Source: Candidatus Limnocylindria bacterium (GTDB lineage: Bacteria; Chloroflexota; Limnocylindria; QHBO01). From it: 64,000 bases of DNA. Position numbers and translations under genes: made by a program. Each line of letters starts with the position of its first letter. Positions within the stretch are counted from its first letter, which is position 1. Under the pieces are notes generated by a model. That model saw nothing but the letters and a program-made list of their open reading frames with translations, was not told the DNA's origin and did no database searches. Positions 1 through 9,804 of this stretch are shown here, piece by piece. The DNA is taken from the NCBI GenBank assembly GCA_038233215.1, contig JBBSML010000005.1, forward strand, positions 42,573 through 106,572. The letters are read 5' to 3'.

Positions 1-1
1 T

Positions 2-601
2 GAGCCACCGGTGCTCGCCGTCCCTGTTGGTGAGCCGGTGCGGCTCGTGCTCAACGCGATTGATGTGAATCACGCGTTCTACGTGCCGCAGTTCCTCATC
101 AAGCGCGACCTCATTGATCTCGGGAATAACGGCCACGACAACGAACTCGAGTTCACCATCACCGAGGCCGGTACCTACGCGGGGCAATGTGCCGAGTTCT
201 GCGGATTGCGGCATGCTGACATGAAGTTCGTGGTGGACGCCATGGAGCGCCCGGCATATGACGAATACATCGCGGCCCTGGCCAGCGGAGAAACGCCCCC
301 GCCGACCGGTGGCGGCGAGTGCACGACCACCGTCGAGATCAAGGCGAACAACACGCAGTTCGATATCGGCGAGTTCGAGGTGCCGGCCGAGACTGACTTC
401 TGCATCGCCTTCGAGAACCAGGAGGCCATCCCGCATAACGTCGCCATCTATGACGGCGGTGAGGCGATCTTCACGGGCGAGTTCGTGAACGAGCCCGGCA
501 CCATCACGTATAACGTCCCGGCACTTTCGGCCGGTGAGTTTCGGTTCATCTGCGACGCTCATCCACAGGCGATGGTGGGCGACGTGACGGTCACCGAGTA
601 G
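2..601 (+). CDS. coxB: Cytochrome c oxidase subunit II (CuA domain), C-terminal part, with an extra C-terminal type-1 cupredoxin domain. 5'-partial: the gene starts upstream of the window.
   Basis: CuA ligand motif H..CAEFCGLRHADM. A PPPTGGGE linker is followed by a second beta-sandwich with His (IPHNV) and a C-x2-H-x3-M site (FICDAHPQAM). The frame is open from nt 2. Directly upstream of ctaD. Confidence 0.8.
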   Translation, partial: EPPVLAVPVGEPVRLVLNAIDVNHAFYVPQFLIKRDLIDLGNNGHDNELEFTITEAGTYAGQCAEFCGLRHADMKFVVDAMERPAYDEYIAALASGETPPPTGGGECTTTVEIKANNTQFDIGEFEVPAETDFCIAFENQEAIPHNVAIYDGGEAIFTGEFVNEPGTITYNVPALSAGEFRFICDAHPQAMVGDVTVTE

Positions 602-618
602 CGGAGCCCAGCGAAGAC

Positions 619-2301
619 ATGGCAACCACCACGCTCGAACCGCGCGCCAGTACCTACCGGCGCTCATGGGTCCTTGAATGGCTGACGACGGTCGACCACA
701 AGAAGATCGGGATCCTCTATATCGCCAACAGCTTCCTGTTCTTCTTCGCTGCCGGCATCCTCGCGCTGCTCATCCGCAGCGAGCTCGCCATTCCGGGGAT
801 CCAGTTCCTCGACCAGGCCACCTACAACCAGGCCTTCACGATGCACGGGACGATCATGCTGTTCCTGTTCATCATCCCGGCGCTCTCCGGCTTCGGCAAC
901 TACATCGTGCCGCTCCAGCTCGGCGCCCCGGATATGGCCTTCCCGCGCATCAATGCTCTGAGCTTCTGGCTGCTCCCGCTCGGCGGTCTTCTCATCTTCA
1001 GCGGCTACCTCTTCGGTGGGGCTGCCGCGGAGGGCTGGACAGGGTACGCGCCACTCACGAATCGCGCCGAAGGTGTCGGCACGGACCTGTGGATCGTCGG
1101 CCTCATGCTGGTCGGCACCGCCTCGATCCTGGGTGCCGTCAACTTCATCGCCACCATCTTCAAGATGCGTGCGCCGGGCATGACGCTCTTCCGGATGCCC
1201 ATCTTCGTGTGGACGGTGCTCGTGACCGCGGTCCTCATCCTCCTGGCGACCCCGGTCCTCGCCGCCGGCCTGATTGCGCTCTTCATCGATCGCAACTACG
1301 GCGGATCGTTCTTCGATCCGAGCGTCGGTGGCAATCCAATTCTGTGGCAGCACATCTTCTGGTTCTTTGGCCATCCGGAGGTGTATATCGTCATCCTGCC
1401 CGCAATGGGCGTGGTGAGCGAGATCCTGCCTGTCTTCAGTCGCAAGCCGTTGTTTGGCTACCGCGCGTTCGTCTTCGCCACCATCGCCATTGGGCTGCTC
1501 AGCTTCAGCGTCTGGGCGCACCACATGTTCACGACCGGCAGCGTCCTGCTTCCGTTCTTCAGCTTCATGACGGCCCTCATCGCGATCCCGACCGGAATCA
1601 AGATGTTCAACTGGCTGGCCACCCTGTGGCGCGGCAAGCTCATCCTCGCCACGCCGATGTTGTTCGCGCTCGGGTTCCTGTCAATGTTCCTCATCGGCGG
1701 CATCAGCGGCGTCATGCTGGCGTCGCCGCCCATCGACTTCCATGTGCAGGACACCTATTTCGTGGTGGCCCATCTCCACTACGTGTTCTTCGGCGGGTCG
1801 GTGTTCGGCGTCTTCGCCGCGATGTACTACTGGTTCCCGAAGATGTTCGGGAGGAAGCTGAATGAGCCGCTCGGCAAGATTCATTTCTGGATCCACTTCA
1901 TCGGCTTCAACCTGGCCTTCTTTCCGATGCACCAGCTTGGGCTTGACGGGATGCCGCGACGCATCAGCGATTACAGCGCCGATGCCGGATGGACGCTCCT
2001 GAACATGCTGTCGACGGTTGGCGCATTCATGATCGCGGTCAGCATCATTCCGTTCCTGATCAACGTGGTCGCCACGTTCATCAACGGTGAGCCCGCAGGC
2101 GACGATCCGTGGGAGGGCAACACGCTCGAGTGGGCGACGAGCTCGCCCCCGCCGGCGTACAACTTCGACCGCCTTCCGCCGATCCATTCGGAGCGTCCGC
2201 TCTTCTACCTGACCCACGGCCACGGCCACTCGGCCGAGCGGCCGGATGACCTCGAACGAGATGCCGAGGACGACCCTGAGCGGCGGGACGGCCTGGCATG
2301 A
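619..2301 (+). CDS. ctaD: Cytochrome c oxidase subunit I
   Basis: 560 aa, 12+ TM. Canonical haem-copper oxidase motifs (WFFGHPEVYI, HHMF). Follows coxB. Confidence 0.95.
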   Translation: MATTTLEPRASTYRRSWVLEWLTTVDHKKIGILYIANSFLFFFAAGILALLIRSELAIPGIQFLDQATYNQAFTMHGTIMLFLFIIPALSGFGNYIVPLQLGAPDMAFPRINALSFWLLPLGGLLIFSGYLFGGAAAEGWTGYAPLTNRAEGVGTDLWIVGLMLVGTASILGAVNFIATIFKMRAPGMTLFRMPIFVWTVLVTAVLILLATPVLAAGLIALFIDRNYGGSFFDPSVGGNPILWQHIFWFFGHPEVYIVILPAMGVVSEILPVFSRKPLFGYRAFVFATIAIGLLSFSVWAHHMFTTGSVLLPFFSFMTALIAIPTGIKMFNWLATLWRGKLILATPMLFALGFLSMFLIGGISGVMLASPPIDFHVQDTYFVVAHLHYVFFGGSVFGVFAAMYYWFPKMFGRKLNEPLGKIHFWIHFIGFNLAFFPMHQLGLDGMPRRISDYSADAGWTLLNMLSTVGAFMIAVSIIPFLINVVATFINGEPAGDDPWEGNTLEWATSSPPPAYNFDRLPPIHSERPLFYLTHGHGHSAERPDDLERDAEDDPERRDGLA

Positions 2302-2921
2302 CCACGCGCCAGATGCAGGCCCATCCCGCAGGCGAGCACGAGGCCGCCGCGGCGATCCAGCACGGCGACTCCGGCATGCCGACCGCGCTGCTCGGGATGC
2401 TCCTGTTCATCGCCAGCGAGGTGATGTTCTTCGGCGGCCTGTTCGCCACCTATTTCAACGCACGAGCCACGACCCCCGGAGCGTGGGGTCCGCCGGAGGG
2501 GGCGCATGAGCTGGACATCGCGTTGGCCGGGGCGCTGACCGCGATCCTGATCGCCTCCAGCTTCACGATGCAGTTCGGCGTGTGGGCCGTTCGCCGTGGC
2601 GATACCGGCAAGCTGAAGATGTGGACCGGCATCACGCTGGCGCTGGGCGTTCTCTTTCTGATGGGCCAGATCTACGACTACAGCCAGCTCGGCTTCGGGA
2701 TCGCGGACGGCGTGTTCGGGACGACGTTCTATACGCTCACCGGCTTCCACGGCGCCCACGTGTTCGGCGGCGCGGTGGGATTGACCATCATCCTGGCGCG
2801 TGCCCTGCGTGGACAGTTCAGTGCCCGAAACCATGTGGCGGTCGAGGCCGTCAGCATGTACTGGCACTTCGTCGACGTGGTGTGGGTCGCCGTGTTTTCG
2901 ACGATCTATCTCTTGCGCTAG
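2298..2921 (+). CDS. ctaE: Cytochrome c oxidase subunit III
   Basis: ATGA overlap with the ctaD stop. Subunit III-like TM protein (FFGGLFATYF, YWHFVDVVW). Confidence 0.9.
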   Translation: MTTRQMQAHPAGEHEAAAAIQHGDSGMPTALLGMLLFIASEVMFFGGLFATYFNARATTPGAWGPPEGAHELDIALAGALTAILIASSFTMQFGVWAVRRGDTGKLKMWTGITLALGVLFLMGQIYDYSQLGFGIADGVFGTTFYTLTGFHGAHVFGGAVGLTIILARALRGQFSARNHVAVEAVSMYWHFVDVVWVAVFSTIYLLR

Positions 2922-2933
2922 GGACGGAGGATC

Positions 2934-3281
2934 ATGCCGGATACCGCCATCGGCTTCGTACTTCTTGGAATCGGCATCCTCGTCGTCCTTGGAGTCGTGT
3001 TCGCGATCTCCTCACGTGGTGGACCGGTGCGAACGACCGGGAGCCCGCCCCGCGGCGTGCATATGCCCGGCCCGAGCTTCCTGCCGGTGGTCCTGTCCGC
3101 GGCGGCAGCGCTCATGGGCGCCGGCCTCGCGTTCCGCGGCGAAGACCAGCTCGCCAACCCGTTCCTCGCCATACCCGGGCTCCTCGTTCTGGTGATCGGA
3201 TCGATCGCCTGGGTCCGAGCGGCCAATCACGAGTGGCGGGAGGTCGAGCACGGTTCCCACGACGATGGACCGTCGCACTGA
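2934..3281 (+). CDS. Small 3-TM membrane protein, probable oxidase subunit IV-like
   Basis: A GGAGG Shine-Dalgarno 6 nt before the ATG. 115 aa, hydrophobic. Position after ctaE. Confidence 0.45.
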   Translation: MPDTAIGFVLLGIGILVVLGVVFAISSRGGPVRTTGSPPRGVHMPGPSFLPVVLSAAAALMGAGLAFRGEDQLANPFLAIPGLLVLVIGSIAWVRAANHEWREVEHGSHDDGPSH

Positions 3282-3855
3282 CTCGCCGTTGACCGCAGCC
3301 GCGGCCGCGCGGCGCGGCACGGATCTCCGCCGACTTGGACGGACGCACCTGGTCATTGCCGCGACGCTCCCGCTCATTCTGATGTCCGCACTCGGGGCGT
3401 TCCTGATGTGGCGAGCCCCCGCGGTCTCGCCGACCGCTATCGGCACTGTCGCGCCAGATTTTTCGCTGGCCGACCTCGACGGCAATCCGATCCGCCTGGC
3501 CGACCTTCGTGGGCAGCCGGTCGTCGTCAACTTCTGGGCGAGCTGGTGCGGCCCCTGCGTGGAAGAGTTCCCGCTCCTGACCGAGGCGGCGACGCGCCAC
3601 GCCGATGACGGGCTCGTGGTGGTCGGGATCGTGTGGCAGGACAGGTCCGAAGCGGCGCGCACATTCATGGCCCGCAATGGCGCGACGTGGAGCTCGGCCA
3701 TGGATCCGGACGAGCAGGTGGCGACGGACTATGGCATCCTCGGACCGCCGGAAACGTATTTCATCGGCCGCGATGGGACGATCGTGGCGCGACAGATCGG
3801 ACAGATCTCGGCGACATCGCTCAACGAGAAATTGGCCGCCATTATCGAGGAGTGA
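3265..3855 (+). CDS. TlpA/ResA-family membrane-anchored thiol:disulfide oxidoreductase
   Basis: N-terminal TM anchor and a thioredoxin fold with the WCGPC active site. The start is uncertain; it may overlap the upstream gene by 17 nt. Confidence 0.8.
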   Translation: MDRRTDSPLTAAAAARRGTDLRRLGRTHLVIAATLPLILMSALGAFLMWRAPAVSPTAIGTVAPDFSLADLDGNPIRLADLRGQPVVVNFWASWCGPCVEEFPLLTEAATRHADDGLVVVGIVWQDRSEAARTFMARNGATWSSAMDPDEQVATDYGILGPPETYFIGRDGTIVARQIGQISATSLNEKLAAIIEE

Positions 3856-3857
3856 GC

Positions 3858-4034
3858 ATGGAGAGCAATCTACCTGCGACCCTGGACGGTACCTCCGATC
3901 CCCGAGGACAGGCGTCCGAGCCGCTCGCACGCAATCAACCAGTGAGCGTGGCCTTCTTGCCGCTGGCACTCGCCACATTCATCATCCTCGCGTTGATCAT
4001 CGCCACCTGGACATTCCTGGCCGTCCCGACCTGA
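3858..4034 (+). CDS. Small single-TM membrane protein (58 aa)
   Basis: GAGGAG Shine-Dalgarno before the ATG, 2 nt after the tlpA stop. Its TGA stop sits 2 nt before the GTG start of the downstream ABC ATPase. Not present as a separate ORF in the track. Confidence 0.4.
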   Translation: MESNLPATLDGTSDPRGQASEPLARNQPVSVAFLPLALATFIILALIIATWTFLAVPT

Positions 4035-4036
4035 GC

Positions 4037-4939
4037 GTGCGCCAGCCGGCCGTCGAGCTCTGCGGGCTCCGCAAGTCCTACGGCTCGAACGAGGCGGTCC
4101 GTGGGATCGATCTGCGCGTGGAGCGTGGCGAGGTGTTCGCGCTGCTCGGCCCGAATGGGGCGGGCAAGACCACGACGGTCGAGATTCTCGAGGGGCATCG
4201 CAGCCGCTCAGGCGGTGAGGTGAGCGTGCTCGGCCACGACCCTGGCCGCAACGAGCGTGCCTTGAAGGAGCGTCTCGGGATCGTGCTCCAGCAGACGGGC
4301 GTCGACGAGTACCTCACCGTGCGCGAGGTGGTCCGGATGGTCGCCGGCTACTACCCGCGCCCGCGGGACGTCGAGGATGTGCTCCTGCTCACCGGCCTCG
4401 GCGACCAGGCCGACCGCCGGGTGAAGAAGCTGTCGGGTGGCCAGAAGCGGCGGGTTGATCTCGCAGTCGCGCTCGCCGGAGACCCCGAGCTCCTCTTCCT
4501 GGATGAACCGACCACCGGGTTCGATCCTTCAGCGCGTCGGCAAGCCTGGGAGACGATTCGGGGCCTGGCGAGCCTCGGCAAGACGGTGTTCCTGACCACC
4601 CATTTCATGGATGAGGCGCAGGCTCTCGCCGATCGCCTGGCGATCATCGCCGACGGCATGATCGTGGCCACCGGCTCCGCGGATGAGCTCATCGGCGCGG
4701 GAAGCACGAACACCCGCATTCGCTTCCGCCTGCCGGAAACATCGCAGCTCCCCGATACGTTCGAGGCGCGGCGTGATATATCGACCTGGGAGCTCGAGAC
4801 CGATACGCCGACGCGTACGCTGCATGAGCTGACGGAGTGGGCACTCGGCACTGAGACGGAGCTGCTCGACCTGGAGGTCACCCGGCGATCGCTCGAGGAC
4901 GTCTACCTCCAGCTGACCGCAGAGGCCGCGGAGCCGTGA
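4037..4939 (+). CDS. ABC transporter ATP-binding protein (ABC-2/DrrA-like)
   Basis: Walker A GPNGAGKTT, signature LSGGQKRR, Walker B LLFLDEPT. GTG start; the upstream part of the 3605 ORF is spurious. Confidence 0.85.
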   Translation: MRQPAVELCGLRKSYGSNEAVRGIDLRVERGEVFALLGPNGAGKTTTVEILEGHRSRSGGEVSVLGHDPGRNERALKERLGIVLQQTGVDEYLTVREVVRMVAGYYPRPRDVEDVLLLTGLGDQADRRVKKLSGGQKRRVDLAVALAGDPELLFLDEPTTGFDPSARRQAWETIRGLASLGKTVFLTTHFMDEAQALADRLAIIADGMIVATGSADELIGAGSTNTRIRFRLPETSQLPDTFEARRDISTWELETDTPTRTLHELTEWALGTETELLDLEVTRRSLEDVYLQLTAEAAEP

Positions 4940-5676
4940 GCGGCGTGTCGCTCGCTCTTCGACAGATCGGGTACGAGAATCGGGCGTTCTGGCGCAACCC
5001 GCCGGCGGCATTTTTTACGTTCGCATTTCCATTGCTCTTCATGGTCATCTTCAACGTGCTCTTCGGCGCCGATGCGGCCGGATTCTTCACGCCGGCCATC
5101 ATGGTCTTTGGGGTGATCGCCGCCACGTACACGAACCTCGCGATGACCGTGACGATTGCCCGGGACGAGGGGATCCTCAAACGCATCCGCGGGACGCCGC
5201 TGCCGCCGTGGGCGTACCTGGCCGGGCGCATCGGCCATGCGGTGGTGATCGGCTTCCTACTGGTGGTCATCGTGGCTGGGTTCGGTGCTCTCGTGTATGG
5301 GGTGGACGTGCCGTGGGGGGCCTTGCCGGCCATGCTGGTGGTGCTCGTTGTTGCCTCCGCCACCTTCAGCGCGCTGGGACTGGCCGTTACGGGTCTCATT
5401 CCAAACTCCGATGCTGCTCCCGCGATCGTGAACGCGACCATCCTGCCGGTCCTGTTCATCAGCAATGTGTTCGTTCAGATGGAGAGCGCGCCGGGGTGGC
5501 TCGACACGCTGAGCCACCTGCTTCCGGTGCGCCATTTCGCCAATGCGATGATGGAGCTGTACGCATCCGGGGAGGCCGCCGGCGTGCCGTGGACGGAGGT
5601 CGGCGTGATCACATTGTGGGGCGTGATCGGCGTCTTGGGTGCGCTGCGCTTCTTCAGCTGGGAGCCGCGGCGGTGA
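4936..5676 (+). CDS. ABC-2 type transporter permease
   Basis: GTGA overlap with the ATPase stop. 6-TM hydrophobic profile. Confidence 0.75.
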   Translation: MSGVSLALRQIGYENRAFWRNPPAAFFTFAFPLLFMVIFNVLFGADAAGFFTPAIMVFGVIAATYTNLAMTVTIARDEGILKRIRGTPLPPWAYLAGRIGHAVVIGFLLVVIVAGFGALVYGVDVPWGALPAMLVVLVVASATFSALGLAVTGLIPNSDAAPAIVNATILPVLFISNVFVQMESAPGWLDTLSHLLPVRHFANAMMELYASGEAAGVPWTEVGVITLWGVIGVLGALRFFSWEPRR

Positions 5677-6098
5677 ATCGGCATGGGGGCGCCCTCTTGA
5701 TCATTCTCGCTCTGACGGCATGCACGCCCGTTGCCGTCCCCATCGTGGAAGGCGAGCCCGAAGGACCGCAACTCGCGATCGAGGTCGTAAACGCCTCCAA
5801 TCAGGAATCTGAGGTCGGGTACGAGTTCGAGGCCGTGCAGAGTAGTGGCGGGGGAGAGGGAACCGTCCGGCGTTGCGAGCAGGTGGTGGTGCCATTCGGA
5901 CTGATCGGCGGCCGGTACAGCATCCTGCTCAACGGTGAGGCATTGATCGAGGAGGCGGTTCCGCCGGGTCTCCCAGCCGATGCGTGGGTCGTCGTGCGGG
6001 TAGAGATAGGTCCCGGCGGGGAGGGAACGGCCCACCGGCCGAGGGTTGTTGCCCGCATGCCCGATCCTCAACCTCGGCGCATCGCCGACTGCGGTTGA
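5673..6098 (+). CDS. Putative lipoprotein
   Basis: GTG start overlaps the permease stop. Signal peptide with lipobox LALTAC. Confidence 0.45.
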   Translation: MNRHGGALLIILALTACTPVAVPIVEGEPEGPQLAIEVVNASNQESEVGYEFEAVQSSGGGEGTVRRCEQVVVPFGLIGGRYSILLNGEALIEEAVPPGLPADAWVVVRVEIGPGGEGTAHRPRVVARMPDPQPRRIADCG

Positions 6099-6183
6099 GA
6101 ATGGAGGACGATGTTGCGCGGGGCGTGATTCGGCGCCTGCGAGGCATCGGCGTGGACTACTACAGGGGCCAGGTTGGGTCCAG

Positions 6184-6376
6184 GCGAAATTTCAGCGCGT
6201 GGCTGGCACGGGGTGGTCGCCGGCGCGGGCCTCACGCTGGGTGACGACCGATATTGTCCTCCGTTCCCGGCCCTGCTGGTGGTCTGTGCCGGCTTCAGCC
6301 GAAATATCGGCGCGGGCCAAGCGTGGGCGCCGCGCCAGGACTTCGTTTGGGCCGAGCGTGCGCTGAAATATCGGCC
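6184..6376. repeat. Cluster of palindromic GAAAT(A/T)TC(A/G)GC motifs in a convergent intergenic region
   Basis: GCGAAATTTCAGCGCG at 6184; CCGATATTG at 6248; the perfect palindrome CCGAAATATCGG at 6299; CTGAAATATCGGCC at 6362. GAAATATCGGC is shared exactly by the last two. Confidence 0.35.
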
Positions 6377-6413
6377 ATTCTCGGCAGAGCAGGCGAGCGC
6401 CGGCGCCGGTCGC

Positions 6414-7646
<1,233 letters not shown>

Positions 7647-7721
7647 GGGACTTCATGGTAGAGCCCGACTCGGATCTCGGCACGCGGCGTGCATCCAGAG
7701 TGCCAAGGGGATTTGCCCAGG

Positions 7722-8129
7722 ATGAAACAAACGCAACAGGTCTGGATCGTCGAGGACGAGCCGGCGGCCGCCACGCTGGCCGCGGATCTGTGCCTGGCAA
7801 ACGGTGCGAGCTCATCGCTGTTCCGGTTGCCGTTGCCATTCCTGACAGCATTGCGCGGCGCGGCGCCGCCAAGCGCCATGATCCTTGACTGGCGGCTCGA
7901 GAATGAGCTGAGCGCCGCCCTCTTCCTGGCCACGCGGCACCGCTACCCGCACATGCCCGTCATCTACTGGACCGGGACCGCGATGAGCTCGCTGCCATCC
8001 ATGATCTGCGACGATCGGTGGACGGTGATCGTGGATAAGGCGGCCGGGGCCGCGTCCTTCGAGGAGGCGCTTGCCTGGGCGCTCGCGGCAGCGAGATCCG
8101 GCAAGCTGGAGACCTCGCAGGTCAGCTAG
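7722..8129 (+). CDS. Stand-alone response regulator receiver domain protein
   Basis: REC features: IVEDEP, phospho-acceptor Asp in MILDWRL, the conserved T (YWTG) and K (VDK). Confidence 0.55.
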   Translation: MKQTQQVWIVEDEPAAATLAADLCLANGASSSLFRLPLPFLTALRGAAPPSAMILDWRLENELSAALFLATRHRYPHMPVIYWTGTAMSSLPSMICDDRWTVIVDKAAGAASFEEALAWALAAARSGKLETSQVS

Positions 8130-9361
8130 TCGTGCCGGCCGAGGACGAGCGCCGCGTTCATGCCGCCGAAGCCGAATGATGTGGAGACCGCCGCCTCCAC
8201 GCGTTCCGCCGTTGCTGATCGCAGAAGGTGCAGATCGATCGTCGGATCCTGCTCCTCGAGGTTGCAGGTGCCCGGCAGGATCTCGCGGTCGAGTGCCATG
8301 GCGGTGATGGCGGCCTCGATCGCGCCCGATGCGCCCAGCGCATGTCCGTACAGACCCTTCGTGCCGGAGACCGCGATCCGGTCGGTGAGCACGCCGAAGG
8401 CGCCCCGGATGGCGCGGGCCTCGGCCGGTTCGTTGAGCGGTGTGCTCGACCCATGAGCGTTCAGGTAGCCGATTCGCTCCGGCGCGATCCTCGCATCGGC
8501 CAATGCGGCCCGGATCGCGCGCGCCGCCTCGCGGCCGTCCGGACGTGGTGCGGTCATGTGATAGGCATCGTTGCTGGCGCCGAATCCCACGACCTCGGCA
8601 ATGATCCGAGCACCGCGGCGCATGGCCGCATCACGCTCCTCGAGCGCCAGCACGGCGGCGCCCTCGCTCATCACAAACCCATCACGCTCGCGGTCGAACG
8701 GGCGTGAAGCATGGGACGGATCATCGTTGCGTTGCGAGAGAACGCGGATCATGGCAAAGGCGCCGAATGTGAGCGGCGCGAGTGGTGCCTCGGCGCCACC
8801 GGCCAGTGCTGCGTCGACGGTTCCATCGCGGATGGCGGCGAATGCCTGACCGATGGCCACCGCTCCCGACGCGCAGGAGTTGGCGTTGCCGACCGACGGG
8901 CCGGTGAACCCGAGGTCGAGCGCGACGTTGCTGGCTCCTGCCCCGCCGAATACGGCAAGCGCCAGGGTCGGTGCGACCCCGCGCACGCCACGCGTGACGA
9001 AGCCGGCATGCTGTTCCTCGCCGAACGCGATGCCGCCGAGCGCGGTGCCGATCCAGACGCCCGTGGTGTCACGAGCCGTCAAGCGGTCGAGGCCGGAATC
9101 CACGAACGCCTGTCGTGATGCTGCCACCGAAAGCGCGCTGAACCGGTCGAGGCGGCGGGCGCGCCGTGCATCCAGGTGATCGCTCGGGTCGAAGCCATCG
9201 ATCTGGGCAGCGATGCGCGACGGGAACTCGCTCGCGTCGAAACGATCGATCGTGCGGACCGCCGATTCGTTGGCCATGACGCCGTCCCACAGGCCGTCGG
9301 CTCCACTGCCAATGGGCGTGATGGCACCGATGCCGGTGATGACGACTCGTCGACTTTTCAT
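8126..9361 (-). CDS. Beta-ketoacyl-ACP synthase II-like (FabF/KAS family)
   Basis: Active-site Cys (NANSCASG), HMT and NAHGSST His motifs, GFGG. Start taken at MKSRRVVITG; the ATG overlaps the upstream gene's stop (ATGA). Confidence 0.85.
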   Translation of the reverse strand: MKSRRVVITGIGAITPIGSGADGLWDGVMANESAVRTIDRFDASEFPSRIAAQIDGFDPSDHLDARRARRLDRFSALSVAASRQAFVDSGLDRLTARDTTGVWIGTALGGIAFGEEQHAGFVTRGVRGVAPTLALAVFGGAGASNVALDLGFTGPSVGNANSCASGAVAIGQAFAAIRDGTVDAALAGGAEAPLAPLTFGAFAMIRVLSQRNDDPSHASRPFDRERDGFVMSEGAAVLALEERDAAMRRGARIIAEVVGFGASNDAYHMTAPRPDGREAARAIRAALADARIAPERIGYLNAHGSSTPLNEPAEARAIRGAFGVLTDRIAVSGTKGLYGHALGASGAIEAAITAMALDREILPGTCNLEEQDPTIDLHLLRSATAERVEAAVSTSFGFGGMNAALVLGRHD

Positions 9362-9804
9362 CGGCCGGCAGCTTCCGCCAGCTCCCGGATGCGGCGAAGC
9401 GTGCGCCCCGCGATGGCCTCGATGAACTGCGGGCCTATGACGTACCGGGCCGCGAAGTCGCCGATCATCGGCCATCCCAGCTCGAGCCGATGCTCAATGC
9501 TTACGTTCGTTCCGCCGGCGACTGGCTCGAAGCGCCAGGCGACCCACATCCCCTTCGTCACGCCGTCGGTATGAACGAACTCGATGCTCCGCTCGTCGGG
9601 CAGTGGTCGCTGGATGGCCTCCCACGTGACGGGAATGAGGCCACGTCGCGCCCCCATCGCGAAGCGGCGTTCGCCGTCAGGATCTGCGACTGGCCGGACA
9701 TAGCGGTAGTGGGGGAGGATCTGCGGCCATCGCTCGACCTCGACGGCCAGCGGGAAGATGCGCTCCCACGGCGCATGCATGAAGACGTGCAGCCTGCTCT
9801 TCAT
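9358..9804 (-). CDS. SRPBCC-family (polyketide cyclase / COQ10-like lipid-binding) protein
   Basis: 148 aa. ATGA overlaps on both sides. Fold assignment is from a Bet v1/START-like sequence pattern. Confidence 0.65.
   Translation of the reverse strand: MKSRLHVFMHAPWERIFPLAVEVERWPQILPHYRYVRPVADPDGERRFAMGARRGLIPVTWEAIQRPLPDERSIEFVHTDGVTKGMWVAWRFEPVAGGTNVSIEHRLELGWPMIGDFAARYVIGPQFIEAIAGRTLRRIRELAEAAGR

Noticed and set aside
664-1865. Long ORFs 664-1524(-) and 678-1865(+) overlapping ctaD
   Set aside because: They are antisense or out of frame to a strongly supported ctaD. Arg/Asp/Glu-rich low-complexity translations are typical of GC-rich shadow ORFs.
3605-4036. N-terminal 144 codons of track ORF 3605-4939
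   Set aside because: This stretch overlaps tlpA in another frame and is Arg-rich. The ABC ATPase domain begins at GTG 4037, directly after the small TM ORF stop.
5208-5672. Upstream part of ORF 5208-6098
   Set aside because: It overlaps the ABC-2 permease in another frame. A lipoprotein signal begins at GTG 5673.
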